Positions 34,065 to 48,909 of a DNA stretch of 51,522 bases are shown in pieces. The translations under genes were made by a program, and so were the position numbers. The stretch spans positions 1-51,522 of the forward strand of contig FLMG01003228.1 in assembly GCA_900088475.1 (NCBI GenBank). The letters run 5' to 3'. Each line of letters starts with the position of its first letter. The first letter of the stretch is position 1. The notes beneath the pieces are model-generated. The model was given only the letters and a program-made list of their open reading frames with translations. It ran no database searches and was not told the DNA's origin. Source of the stretch: Hyphochytrium catenoides (Eukaryota > Protista > Hyphochytriomycota).

Positions 34065-37000
34065 ATGTCAGGCCCAATGTCAGCTGCACGACCTGTGCCA
34101 GGGTCGGCTCGAGGAGAGGATACACCTTCTACCATGGCCACCTCAAGCAGGAAAGCAAGCTATCCCCCAGGTTGGCCCGAGCCCCTAGATGCATCACACG
34201 CGCTCTCTCGTATCAGGTTTACACCTCGAGAGGGTACTAACCACCATTATGAATGTAGGGTCAAAGGGTGGGCTTGCCACGTCCCGACCGACTTCCACCC
34301 TGGCGATGGCTGGTAGCTCGACGCTCTATACCTCCCAACCTCCAAATAATAATGCGCCCCCGCATATCCCGCCTCTGTTTCCGCCGCTAGGAACTTCACG
34401 GCAGTTTACACCGCTGCCCGGCCCGCAAGCAACAAATAGAGGTGAGAGAACAGATAACTCTCATTGTCATTCCTGGTTTGATGTCATCTCTAAAGACCTG
34501 CTCAGTGGTGCCCATCACAGGCTCTTCGCAGGGAAACTATCTCAGCAGCGGGGTCCCACCTAACTCTAGCGCACGCCCTCCTTTCCAGTCCCCAGCCTTT
34601 CCCACCACGCAGCGCCAAGCTGCGGTGCCTGGTCACGCCATGCAGTCTCTGTCGGATGGCCAAGCTTCCCTACCGTCTCAAAGAGTAGCACCAGCACCAG
34701 TCCACCTTCATCCAGCAGCTCAGCAGGTTCTAAGTAACGGGCAGATGCGACCCCTTTCGGGCCAGCTGCCTCAGAACTCGTCCCGGCCTTCTACGCATCG
34801 ACAGGCAGAGCACGGGTCAGCCCGTCCCCACGGTCAGCTCTGCAACAGTATCTCTCATCCGTCACTTGTGCGCTCATCCTCTTCTTTCAGCTGCTTTACC
34901 CGTGGTTACCGAGCAATATGAAAAAGAGGATCCTCTGGTTCTAAAGTCCGTGCTTGGCTATAGTGGACAGTTCCTTAACACCTTGCACTATCATCCCACG
35001 GACCCAGATCTATACATCGTCAGGTAGAAAGGATCGCAGGCACGAAAATTCCTTGGTGGGAGATCAAAACTGACAATGAAATCTCTGTTCAACAGCTTAG
35101 GCGGATCTGTGTGCATTGCATCCTTCTCCAACTCCCGAAACCAGGAGTATCTTCGTGGCCATGATGAGAAGGTATCCGCGCTCGCGGTATCCCCCTCAGG
35201 CTCTTTTATCGTCTCGGGCCAGTTAGGCACCACGAAGGATCCGGTCGGTCATCCTTGTCGCGGTTTTCGTCCACCATGCACAGCTACTTATCGTTGCCTG
35301 TTAGAATGCCCAAGCTCCGGTGATAGTTTGGGATCTTGCATCCAAGAAGGAAGTTTTACGGCTTCATGGACTAAGGAATGCGGTGCAGCGGCTTGATGTT
35401 TCTCCTGATAATAGACTTCTTGCAGGCACCGGCACGGACGGAAGGTTTTATCTCTGGGATCTGCAGGTATGAGCGCAGGTGGAGAGCCATAGCATTGACA
35501 AGCCTTGTGAGCTCCGCTTCCCGCAAAACCCTCACTCTTACCTAGCCTCCTTATCAACTGAGAACAGAATGGAGAAGTAGTTGTTCAGAAGCAGTTCCAG
35601 ACTTCAGTGCAAGTGTGCTGCTGGGTAAGTATGACAGGCTCCGGCCGCCGTCCGGAGTACAGATTAGCTCTCTCTACTTCCAGTCAGGTGAGAACCATGC
35701 ATAGCACCCGACGCTTACTGTTTCTTTCTCCTTGTTGGCGGCACTCCATGAACTTTAGTGGGGAAGAGCGGTAGATGCGTTGTATGGTTCTTGGTCCGCC
35801 CTCTTTGTTGTCCGTGCTCATATCTCTCTGGCTATTGCAGCCATCGCTTTCCCCTAGCTGTTTCTTTTGGATTGGCTTTGGCATCTATCACTAGACGAAT
35901 AAGAAAGTTCTCAGACTAACCTCCTGGTGCTGATGCAGGCGATGATGGCTCGTCTTCAGTATGATGTGGGAGCCATGCAGTACGTCATGGATCTAAAGCC
36001 TTTTAGTCTTCCAGCTACTGGGCTTATGAGGGACTATCACTCAGCTCGTGTCACGCCTAAGAAGGACTTTTTGCTCTGTTCTACGAGGTCAGTCCCATAA
36101 CCCACGCTATTTTCTCTCTTCAGTCTTGAACTTCAACTGAAGCCTTTGGCTGCCTCGCATGTGATCGTGCTCGCTTCGTCCGCTGCAACGATCGTGTGCC
36201 CCGAACGTAACTCTGGGCTCCTACCCACCGTCTAGCGGTAACGAGCTGCTGGTCTTTCGAAATGATCCACCGCTTTTCCGCGCGAGTGTGCCAGTCTCAG
36301 CCAATGGAGGTAAGCCGTGGTGGTATGGTTGTGCAGAAGCGATCTGGTCATCAGAGGCCTGACTACTTGCCATGCGTAGCTCTATCTCTTGCCATCTGCG
36401 CCACTACGGGCTTCGTCTACTGCGGATCGGGAGATGGCGTGGTCAGAAAGCTGTTTGGGGAGGATGTCAAGTGGAACCTTTATGCAGAAGTTCTACTTTA
36501 TGGAGGCGTAGTGAGCTTGTCACTAAACGCAGCGGGTAAACGGCATTGGAACGTCTCTCTGTCAGTGTTTCCTTCTCTGTGCTCTCTTTGCAGGATTCTT
36601 TGTGCTTGTCCTTTTCTCCTTTACGTTTCCCATGGCTATTTTATGAGGACTCACGGTACGCACCGTATCTTAAAGGAACGGAACTACTTGCTGGGACTTC
36701 TGCTGGCAAGATTTATAGAATAGCGACGGAGAGTATGGCCATTACGGAGGTTTCTTCCTCTCACACGGGACGCATCACTGCAGTGGTCTACAGCGCCCAT
36801 CCTCCCGCGCTTTGTACAGCGTGTGAGGACGGAATGCTCCGAGTATACAGCCCCACCACTCTAGCGCTTATGGCCCACGTCCGTGAGAAGTCATCTCCTA
36901 CCTCGCTATGCCTCATGGAAGGGATAGCTCAGCAAGCGAGTACTGGCAGTGTTATCTGGATAGTCAGTGGCTGGGTGGATGGGACTATCCGATGCCATGA

Positions 37001-37957
37001 AGCGCTGAGTGGACAGAGGCTCTGGGAGATCGCAAATGCTCATCGGTAAGCTGATCCTAACGGCGTCCCCCGTCCTCCTGCATCACTGTCAACACGCGTT
37101 AACCTGTCTTCTCACACTAACGGGGTCTCTTGGAACTTTCTGCAGTGGGCCCATCACCACCGTCGCCTCGTCTTCTACATATGTCGTCTCGGGCGGCTTA
37201 GACGGCAACGTAAGAATCTGGTCCAGCAAGTCGAGGGAACTTACCATTGGATTTCGGGAGCACTCCAAGGCTGTATCCAAGGTACAAAGTCTCCGCCATA
37301 AAAAGAAACGCCAATTTTTCACTGACTCTGTGACTCTAGGTCATTACCGATATCAAGGATCCCAAGCTTCTTCACTCGTGTGGTCAGGACCGCAGTGTGT
37401 TCACCTATGACTTGCAGAAAGAGAAGAGAATCGTGGGTCATTCTTCGAAAGAAGGTTGGGTGCTTCCGGAAGTGATTTAAGTGGGTCAAGAGCAATAGTA
37501 GCTGACACATCGCACTTCACATTTTCTGCTTGGTCAGGCTGCTTTCATGCCCTCTCTCAGCGGCGCGATAGTGAGAATGAGCTGGTGACGGGAAGTTCTG
37601 ATGGCAGAATTCACTTCTGGGACTGTGACGTGGCAGAGGCCGTAGCCTCTCTTGCTGATCCGACGCGTGCGAAAGTTAATGCCATTAAGGTAATGACAGA
37701 AGGATGTCGTCCCTTAGTTAACATCACCGCTTGAAGCTGATGTCACTGTCTTTTAGGTCTCACCCTCTGGACGCCTGGTGGCCATTGTGGGAGACGATTC
37801 TCTGGTCAAGGTCTTTAATTTGCAGCTAGACGCTGTCGTGTCGGTGCGGCCTGGGCACGCGGATGCGGTACTCGATGTCTGCTGGGGGTCAGATGATCGT
37901 AATCTATACACCGTCGGAGCAGACGGCTGTCTTTGTTCGTGGGGCTTTGTGGGCTGA
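34065..37957 (+). CDS. WD40-repeat protein, CFAP52/WDR16-like, with a long Pro/Ser/Gln-rich N-terminal extension; start uncertain
   Basis: LVLKSVLGYSG, QEYLRGHDEKVSALAVSPSGSFIVSGQLG, IVSGWVDGTIR..LWEIANAH, VVSGGLDGNVRIW, GHADAVLDVCWGSD..LYTVGADG; many GT-AG introns. Confidence 0.75.
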
Positions 37958-38110
37958 GAGACGTCGTAGGATTATTTTATTTAGCGGTGCAAAATGCATT
38001 AAAGAATCTTTGCACCCACCGCCTTGCTGTTGATAAATAGCACCTGGACAGCTTTGCTTGCCTCTTTCAATCTCGGCAAGTTCATAACTCCTAACCTATC
38101 CTTACACTGT

Positions 38111-41100
38111 CTAGATGTCATGATGACGGATCAGCTGTGAGAACGGTCCGTCTGGATTAGATGTTAGCTCCGCAAAAGTACCCTGATTGTTAGGGATCAG
38201 AAAGATCTATATTGAACTAGGTATGTAGTGAAGGGAAAGTACCTGGTCCACCACTTTTCCCTGATCTATCATGGCGATGTAGTCCGCACTCTTAATGGTC
38301 GATAACCGATGCGAAACCATGAGGACGGTCCTACCGACCTTTGCCCTGGCAGAAAACCGGGGTCAACGGCCTTCTCAAATGAGGGATTCGGCTGGTTCTC
38401 ACCTTTCGATCGCCTCTTGGACTAGGTGTTCGCTTTCTGCGTCTAAAGCACTGGTGGCTTCGTCTAGTATAAGAATCTTGGGCTTTCGAATAAGAGCTCT
38501 TGCAATGGCCAGTCGCTGAGTTCAGAAAACAAACGTCATATGTTATGCGTCACTCTGGACCTACATCTGTGCCAACTCTTTATCTGTCAACTTTACCTGT
38601 TTTTGTCCTCCAGAGAGTGACTGGCCCCGTTCTCCAACCTGCGTGTCGTAGCCCTCGGGTAATCTCTGTATGAATTGATGAGCATTGGCAGCCATTGCGG
38701 CCTCAATGATCTCGTCACGGGAAGGTTCGCCTTGACAGCCATAGGCAATGTTGGCGGCAATAGAAGACGCAAACAATACGGGTTCTTGAGGCACCTACGA
38801 GGTCACGTCCCCCAGTGTAACGTGAGATATTTCAGACTATAGCGTTCGACAAGCATTAAGCAGTAATCTCTACTTGGGAGGAAAGGAATCTTCCGCTTCT
38901 CGAGGTTAGAATTTTTCGGAGCGGGATGTCCTCTCCAGGTTAGAGATCTCTTACCACTCCAATAACCCTTCTTAGAGCTACTTTCTCAATCTCGTTGATA
39001 TCCACTCCATCCAGTAGAACGCGGCCCTTGCAGTGCGGTCCTTGAAGGCAATACAGTCCTCCCACAAGTAGAGCTACCGTGCTCTTCCCGCAACCACTGG
39101 GCCCAACCAGAGCGACCGTCGTGGACGGCTCAATCGTCAAGTTCAGCTCGTCAAAGAGTGGAGCATCCTCACGCGTAGGGTATCGGAAGGATACATTCTC
39201 GAGTTTGATCCGTCCGGGACCTAAGCATTTTGGCACACCATAATGAGGTGCAATCGCGTACACTTGAGTAAGGTTGCTCCTTACCATCTGGAACAGGGAG
39301 ACTTCCTCCTTTGCCAAGTTGGAGTTTTCCTCGCTCTATCAAATCGAATACCCGCGTGCTGGCGCCCACGCCCTTCATGAGATCTATTCAAGAACAGAAG
39401 CGAAGTTAGAGAGGCTACCCAACTGCTACTATGGGCACACTCGGACCGCACAAGGCAATGGACATACCCGCATAGAAGGAAGATAATCCTGCAAAGGAGA
39501 CTCCGACATATATTGTGTACATCAAGAAGGAGGTGAGATCTCCCACAGTCATCTGTCCTTGCGTCACCATGTGCCCTCCATATCCAAGCACCCCAAGCAT
39601 GCTGCAGAATGAGGAAGGAAGTGGTGAGTTATACCTACGACGGCACGACCATCCAAGGTGGCCAAAGATCCCTTGACAGCTCATTATAGGATGACTGGTG
39701 GAGGTACCTGAGCTTGAAAGAGAGGTCCACTGCACCAAAGAATGAACCATGGAGCAAAGCTTGACGCTGTGCCAACTTCAACACCTGCTGGACACGGTCC
39801 CTGTTACAGGCGAAGATGGAGATCAAGTTTTAATGAATAATAACGCTCGGCACAAGGTTTACCCACTCGCCGTTCTTAAATTACCTATACAGCTCGCCCT
39901 CCTGCTCTTCACTAGCAAACCACTTGACGGTCCGATTATTGCTTATTCTCTCCTCTGCTAGCTCTGTTGCCTTACTGAGTGCGTCCTGAACTTTGCGGGA
40001 CAGACTTTTGACATATCTTCCGTATGTCACTGCTCCAACGGCAGCTGGAGGGGTAAACAGAATCATAGCCAGAGCAAGCTTTGGACAGGTGTAGAACATC
40101 ATGCCAATGGAACCCACTGCTTGACCCCCAGAGCGCAGCCCTACATTAGGTGAGAGGATGTGAGCCTCATCCTCTTTGATTCATCATCTAGCGTCACATA
40201 CCGCCGCTCATGTTGTCCCCAAGAACCTTCCCTATCAACTGAGTATCGGCGCCAAGGCGGTTAATCAGTTCTCCTGTTCTGTTCCGGTCAAAGAACTCAA
40301 GGTCCTCTGACTGCAAGAGGTTCAGCTACGTAAGTGACTGACCGCTTGTTAACGACGTCATCCTTTACTTACCAGTATTGACTTGTACGTTGTTTCGCGA
40401 AGCTTCGCGACGATCCTTTCCGCGATTATGTCCGTCATTGCCACCCGAGTTACGTTTGCTATGGCTCCAAAGCCAAAGAGGACTGCTAGGGCACCTATAA
40501 CCAAAAGGTTGACGTTACAGCTGAAGCCTAGGGCTCTGAACGAGAGAAGGGCATAATGGCGGCCCTTCCGTACCTGCTAGTCCTGGCAGCTGTTCTGCAC
40601 CGCCTGGTAGACTGACAACGTCAATAACTTTGCCCATGGCCGCAGGGACGCACATAGTAATAGCGGTGGATACTGTTAGAGCTGATAGAGAAATAGCGAG
40701 GCGCTTCTTCTCAGGAGCATAAAGCGCATAGAGCCTCCGAACCCCGTGGACATCCACCTTCTTCTTCGTAGCCGCTGCAGTAGTGTCACCTTCCTTCTTC
40801 AGGCACAGGATAGTAAGGATCAGACGCAACGTGCTGTGAGGCGTAACGATCTCACCTGCTCCGACCCCTCCTCCTTCGACCTCAACGAGGTAACCTCAGG
40901 TTCCTTTGACGCGCTGCTGCTGGTGCTCAGTGAACGCCATCGATGACTTTGCCGACGCGTTAATGCAGCATTGCTTGGTCTAATTGGACCTAATGCTCGC
41001 AAAGTGCGCCTCAGGTGGCTGATCGGAGATACTTTACACTGGTGAAGATGTGCTTGAGGAAACCTGGAATGTTTGAAAGAGTTGGCTAAGCTACAGCCTC

Positions 41101-41175
41101 TGTTGGCGAAACGTTACTATCTATGGTTCCTTGCTTTCCCTTCCCCTACCTGCTGCTCAGCGCGGCGCGAAGCAT
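38111..41175 (-). CDS. ABCB10: Mitochondrial ABC half-transporter, ABCB10/Mdl1-like; multi-exon
   Basis: Targeting-peptide-like MLRAALSSR... TMD motifs [14 protein letters not shown] and [13 protein letters not shown]. Walker [11 protein letters not shown]-loop VPQEPVLFA, signature [32 protein letters not shown]. Confidence 0.88.
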
Positions 41176-42417
41176 TTTAAGAAAGTTTCAGGCTTTATCC
41201 CCTGTTCATTCCGCTCAGTGAAGGGACTAGGCTTTGTGATGCCTTGAGCCGTCGATGGTATGCATGAAGAAACCGGTGTCACTGCCACTTCTTGCCGAGC
41301 TTTTGCACCTAGTAGGATGACACCTACAATGGTGTGTTGGCGGCGGAGCAATCCAGTATCCACTCAGTGAAGATTGTATACGAGCAGAATCCTCTAGATC
41401 CTCCGTAAGGTGTGGGCCAACTGCCAGCAGCCGAGCACCATCAGCAACTGCCACCGATTGCCTGTTCCCTTCCAGCTCTGCGATAACGCCAAGCGCGGCC
41501 TCACTTGGTCAATCCATCAGAACGGACACCCCGTCAGAACTCCTCGGCAGCTCAGATCAGACGGCAGGCGAGCTGTGTTATTATTGCTGTACACGGCATA
41601 CTTTGCACAGGCATCGCAAGAGTTCAGATTCTGCTTCTGGGGCTTCAAATCCGAGACAGGTTCATTTAGATTCTCAATGAAGCAATTCAAGCATTCAAGC
41701 ACGACCTTCTGTACAGCATTCGCACGTACACGTACACACAGTCTAATACAGAAGATAGACAGACCCGTTCCCGCTCTTCTCCTATGCGTCTCTCTCGCCG
41801 CTGTCTTCCGATCGAAGGAAGTTTCTAGGCGCTGCTCGGACACTACGAGTGGGACCAGCCTCAATCCTCCCTCCAGCCTCCGCTCTCCTCCTCAGCAGCG
41901 CTCAGACCATCATCAAGGTGCCCAAACGGTGCACCGACTTCCTAGCGCGTTCTTGTCCCTGCTTCTCAAACCCCATCCTGTCCTTCAAAACCTTCTCCTT
42001 TCACATGTCACTCGCACTTGTAAGCGGCTAGCGGTAAGAAGCCAAGCAGGACCCACTATGAACGCTACTATTCACTTAGCACAGGCGATTGCCACACAAT
42101 GGCTTGCAGTCCTGGAGGTTAAGCTCTAGATGCAGCTTGGACAATCAAAAGGGCTGACGAAGGCCTGCAGTTGGCACTCTCCATCTTTCCTCAATCACCG
42201 CAGAGGCACTGAACGTGTGTAGGGCCTGTGATGGTCGAGAGTAACTGTTCACTGTCAAGGAGGCTAATAGCATGGCCCTTGAACTCGGGGCTGAACCGTG
42301 TCCTAGGGTTAAGTGCCCTTCCATCTAGATAATTCCACCACCCAGGTGTCTGTTTAGCTCCATCTGGCTAGTGCAGTATCAAGTTTCATCCACACCATAG
42401 GTGACAACATATACAAG

Positions 42418-44668
<2,251 letters not shown>

Positions 44669-46224
44669 AAGCACAGCTGGGGCCTTTGACGAAGGCATTA
44701 GGATCACCTTTGAGATGGACTTATTAGTATTTGTGACCCCAAACCAATATTCTATCGTGCTTCATACTGTGATGAGTGATGGCGGCAGCCGTCTTCCACC
44801 CTCCACGATAATGTTTAACGGGATTTCCACTTTACCGTCCTACGGTTTCACCTTGGAGACGACCAGTCGAGGGGCTCATTAAGTGATGGTCTCCGGTTAC
44901 TCTGGTGCCAACCGCCTGCCGCTTATCATATATAAGAAGCCATTGCTGAAGAAGCCCGATCTATTATTGCTTCCTAGAACTAGTCCTCAAGAGAAAAAGA
45001 AGGAAAGATGCATCCTGGTCTTCGTGAGGGAAGAGAGCTTGAGACAAACCTAGCCCTACCCTAAAATGTGTCCGGAACGTCACCGCGCAGTGCCAATGCC
45101 CGTCTCCTCTCCTGTACCATGAATCATAGGTTACAGCTTCTGTTTCTTACGTATTATCGATAAGAAGAACAAAGACCAGCTGGCGGCGAGAACGAGGTCT
45201 TTGGACACTACTCCCTACCCTCACCTCATAGCCACACTATTGCCCGTTCGTCTCCCCTCTTGTCATCTTCATCATATGCAAGCTATCAGCTCTAACGTTT
45301 CTTGCCGCGAACGACTTTAATTCATTCCATAAAATGATGTTTACCGCTGGAGGCTCCTCATCAATGTTCCCTGACAGCTTCTACTAGGGCTGACAAGTGT
45401 CATGATAGTTTATCCTGTAACATAAAGAAGGGAAGTGAGTGGAACTGGTTACTTTTTCCTTGGCTGGCCACCAGGCCTCAGTGAAGACAAGCCACAAGAG
45501 GAAGACTTTCGCAAGGGCTCATACTACATCGCTCCTTCAACAAGAGCAAGTTATTTGAGAAAATATAAGAGACAAACAAAGAGGAGAAGAGAGAGAATAA
45601 TAGAATGCCGAGCCGTTTCTCCAGATGCAGCGTGAGAGAAGGGAAAGAGAAAGAGAAGCCTCCTTCTTGAGAAGCACACTTTGACTAGAGGGCCAGGACA
45701 AACCGTCCTGCGCTTAGTTAGGATTGAAAGTTGCCTCGTAGTCTCGAGCGCTGTGACCCATACAACCTCCTTTCGGCTCTCATCATTGCATCACTGGATA
45801 GTCATCAATAGAGATAGGAAGAATGACTAGCAAGTAGCCCACGTAGTTTCTTCTACTTCTGCTGCGCCAATATTGACAGACTCCAAATAGAATGCAGAGA
45901 AGGGAGAGACAGACGGCTTGATCAGCAGTGAGAGAGAGAGAACTAGAGAGGACACTGCTAACGTCTAAGGTACAATAACGTCTCCCGACTCATCCCATTT
46001 CGCCAAGGTCTTGACTCCTGTGAAGACCAGGAGCCAGCTCCAGTCGTGCTTGAAGACTCCTCCGGAGAAGTCCTTAAGGATGCACAATTCTGGGAAAGGA
46101 AGATCTTCTCATCTCTCCTTCTTACGCGCTCTCCCTGTACCCCTTTCTAGTGCTCTCACACAGTCTGCCTGTGTCGCTCTGCCTCTTCCCTTTCTTTCTT
46201 TTGGACTCTCTCTCTCCCTCTTTC

Positions 46225-47015
46225 TGAAGGCATTTTTAATGGCTGCAGCTGCAATTCCTGGAGGTGCTCCTCGTAGTAGATTTGTTGCATGCCTCTTAGC
46301 CTTCTTGAAAATAAAAATAGAGGAGGGATAAGTTGGCGCTTGCACTGACGGCCAAGAGAAGTGTGGTGCACTCTCTGCAGGACCCTCTGGTCGTCCTGGC
46401 AGTTTTTGTATCAGTCGGCGCTATGACGTTATGCCCCCAGAAAAGTTACCCTGTGGTCTAGTCCAGTCGTCCCATCACCATTGATGATTTATTCAGCTGA
46501 TAGCCTGAGAATTCATCCTAGAAGCCTTCGTGTTCTCTTACAGTAGGCCCTCAATTACTCTTACAGACCAAGCATTCACTGGCGATGGGCCACTGTCAAA
46601 TATCCTTGACAGTCTCGCAGAGTTCGTATCTTGATGGCGCCTAAAGAACGCTGTCGTACAATCTTCCAACGGACCTATTGATTGCTGGGTTAAATCCGGT
46701 TTCCCATTGAAGACCACTTGCAAAATCATGGCCTTGACCTGCCATCTCGCCATTGGATATTCCTGTCTCGCCTTGTCAACAATCAGCGCCGCAACAATGG
46801 CTTTCTCTTCTTCCTCAGATAGATCCTGCGCCGGCCCTGCTGGCTTGGCGCCGACAGAAGAGTCCCATCGACATAGGGCTTAAGAATAGAGCGTGGAAGG
46901 CCACAGATGCCTCAGCTTGTCTTAAAAAGTGTCCATCGTGTCCAACCTCCTTGACTTGAGCTATTGGAGCTCGTAGCTGCACCTCTGTCCATACCTTGCG
47001 CTTGTTGGTTTTCAT
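46225..47015 (-). mobile_element. Decayed pogo/Fot1-Tigger-type (Tc1/mariner superfamily) DNA transposase pseudogene, 3'-truncated
   Basis: Read across frameshifts. HTH_psq-like KRKVWTEVQLRAPIAQVKE..GLPRSILK. Tc5/CENP-B HTH LSEEEEKAIV..EYPMARWQVKAMI..FFRRHQD. DDE_1 start I-I-N-G-D-G-T-T-G-L, RECTTLLLAVSAS, IFIFKK..LLRGAPPG..KNAF. Has internal stops. Confidence 0.8.
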
Positions 47016-48868
47016 TGGGCGACATTATCACTGCGGCCAGCAGTAGTTCTGAACGATGAAGATAAAGTACTGATGGACTGGTACCTTTCAAGGCGAGCTC
47101 TGATGATTCTAATCTGATGAGTCTCTGCCTTTCGGTCTTCATAGTCACACTTCGTCGTCACGATTATGCGAAACTTCTCCATTCCAGTCCCGGAATCAAA
47201 TCGGAGGGCGAGGATAAGATCGGGAGACTGGAAAGAAGTCTAATGACGAAGGAAGACGACCGTTCATCAAAGGCTACTCTCCAAGAGAAAGGGCAGAAAG
47301 AGCGCAAAGAAGAACAACTGCTGTAAACCCTCGGTTCTCTATTTTTCCCTGCCATCCAGACCTCAACTTCTCTTCTTCTTTCCATCGACAAACTCTCCAG
47401 TGGCCTCGAAACTGCGTGCCGACTCTGGAAGAAGCCACAAATGTGGCGCCACAAGAGACCTGGCAAGAGACCTACATGCCCCTTGTTACACATGCAGGAG
47501 GAAGCGCCTGTCGATAAGACATGATGAAGCAGATCTTAATGAGGAGGGCGAACCTTTGGTACTGCCGGAATCCAGAAGTACCGCTCCGTTCAATGTTGAA
47601 CCGACGTTAGAAAAGGAGGGAGAGGAGCAACGAAAGGGCGATCGCTAAGAACAGAGGCTCCGAAAAGGAAAGAGGGGAGGATCAAGGGATAGATGGAAGC
47701 GGGAGAGGGGGACGGCGAAGGAGCAGCCACAGAGCGAGAAAGGGGAGGAAGGCATCCACGTGCAAAGCAAGGGAGAGAGGAAGAGAGGAAGAAAGGAGGG
47801 ATAGTAGGAGAAGGAGAGGAGACGATCAATGTAACACGAGAGTCCGGGCGCGAGAACTTACCATTCATTCTTTAGTTGTCTCGAATCTCGTTTGTTGCGA
47901 GAGCGAGCGTAGCAATGGCAGGAGTTATGGTGCTGAACTTATTGCAGCATATCTCTTGAAAACCTGTAGCTGCAAGCCGGTGGACACGACAGAACAAATG
48001 GCTCTATGTCTGACGCCTCAGGTAGAGGAGGGGAGGTCCTCTTGTGGTGCTTCTATCTTTTCCTACCTCCGGGTTCTCCTCTTGTCTTTCTCTCTCTCTC
48101 TCTCTCTCTCTCCCTCTTACTTACTATGGGACTACTCTAAGGACACGTAGCTGAGTTCTCGTAGAGAGGTGGTGTTGGAATTGTGCTCTTCGTAGGAGAT
48201 TGATGAATGATTTAGTTGATCAAAGTGACCAAGTACTTATCAAGCTCTTGTGTAGTGAACCCTCTAGAGAGCCAGCCAGCTAGCAGCTAAACTACTAGAG
48301 TCGCTAAGTTGCGAGCTACCGCTACTGAACTACTTCCTATGTCCCAGTTCTATGATGAAAATGGAACACATGCAAAAAAGATAGAAGGGAGAGAGAGGAA
48401 AAGACTTCAGAAGAGACAGAAAGAAGAAGACTTTAAGAGCTTCGGTCCTTGTGTGCAATAAAAAAGTGCAGATTTGCCATTAGAACTTAATATGCAAAGC
48501 TATGAAGTTGATATGCAAGAGAGAAAACAGAGAGAGAAACACTCTAAGAAAGAGAGAGAACAGAGACTGTTAGAGATCATTGAATGGTCACCAAGAGATC
48601 TTTGGTCTTAGAAGAGTAAATCGGCAATAAATTGGTGGTCAGAAGGAAGGGAAGAAGTAAAGTCGGAAAGAGAAATTGAAAATGCTCATGAAGCAAGAAC
48701 AAATGTTCTAGAGAAATTAACGAAGAAAGTAGGACAAGGCAGAAGAAGGTTCCTTACTACTACCGAGACCCCAACAGGAAAGGTTCTCAACAACTAGCAC
48801 CTTCTAGTGCAGAGTCGGTGCGACAGAGACTTCCCGTACAGAGTCCGAACTTCAGAAGTAACTTTTCG

Positions 48869-48909
48869 TACTCCTTACAGGACCTAAGTAACCCTACTCC
48901 TTACAGGAC
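48869..48909 (+). repeat. Short direct repeat TACTCCTTACAGGAC x2
   Basis: Two copies separated by a short spacer. Confidence 0.8.

Noticed and set aside
41410-42129. Overlapping 239-aa (+) and 115-aa (-) ORFs between ABCB10 and NDR
   Set aside because: Non-ATG starts, no recognisable motif, located in a divergent promoter interval; cannot be supported as genes.
44765-44960. Possible C/D snoRNA (GTGATGA) or DDE fragment (SDGGSRLPP)
   Set aside because: No properly spaced D box or terminal stem; peptide similarity too weak.
48570-48640. IIEWSPRDLWS, reminiscent of the Tc1 WPxxSPDLNPIE motif
   Set aside because: Core DLNPIE and other transposase motifs are absent; likely chance.
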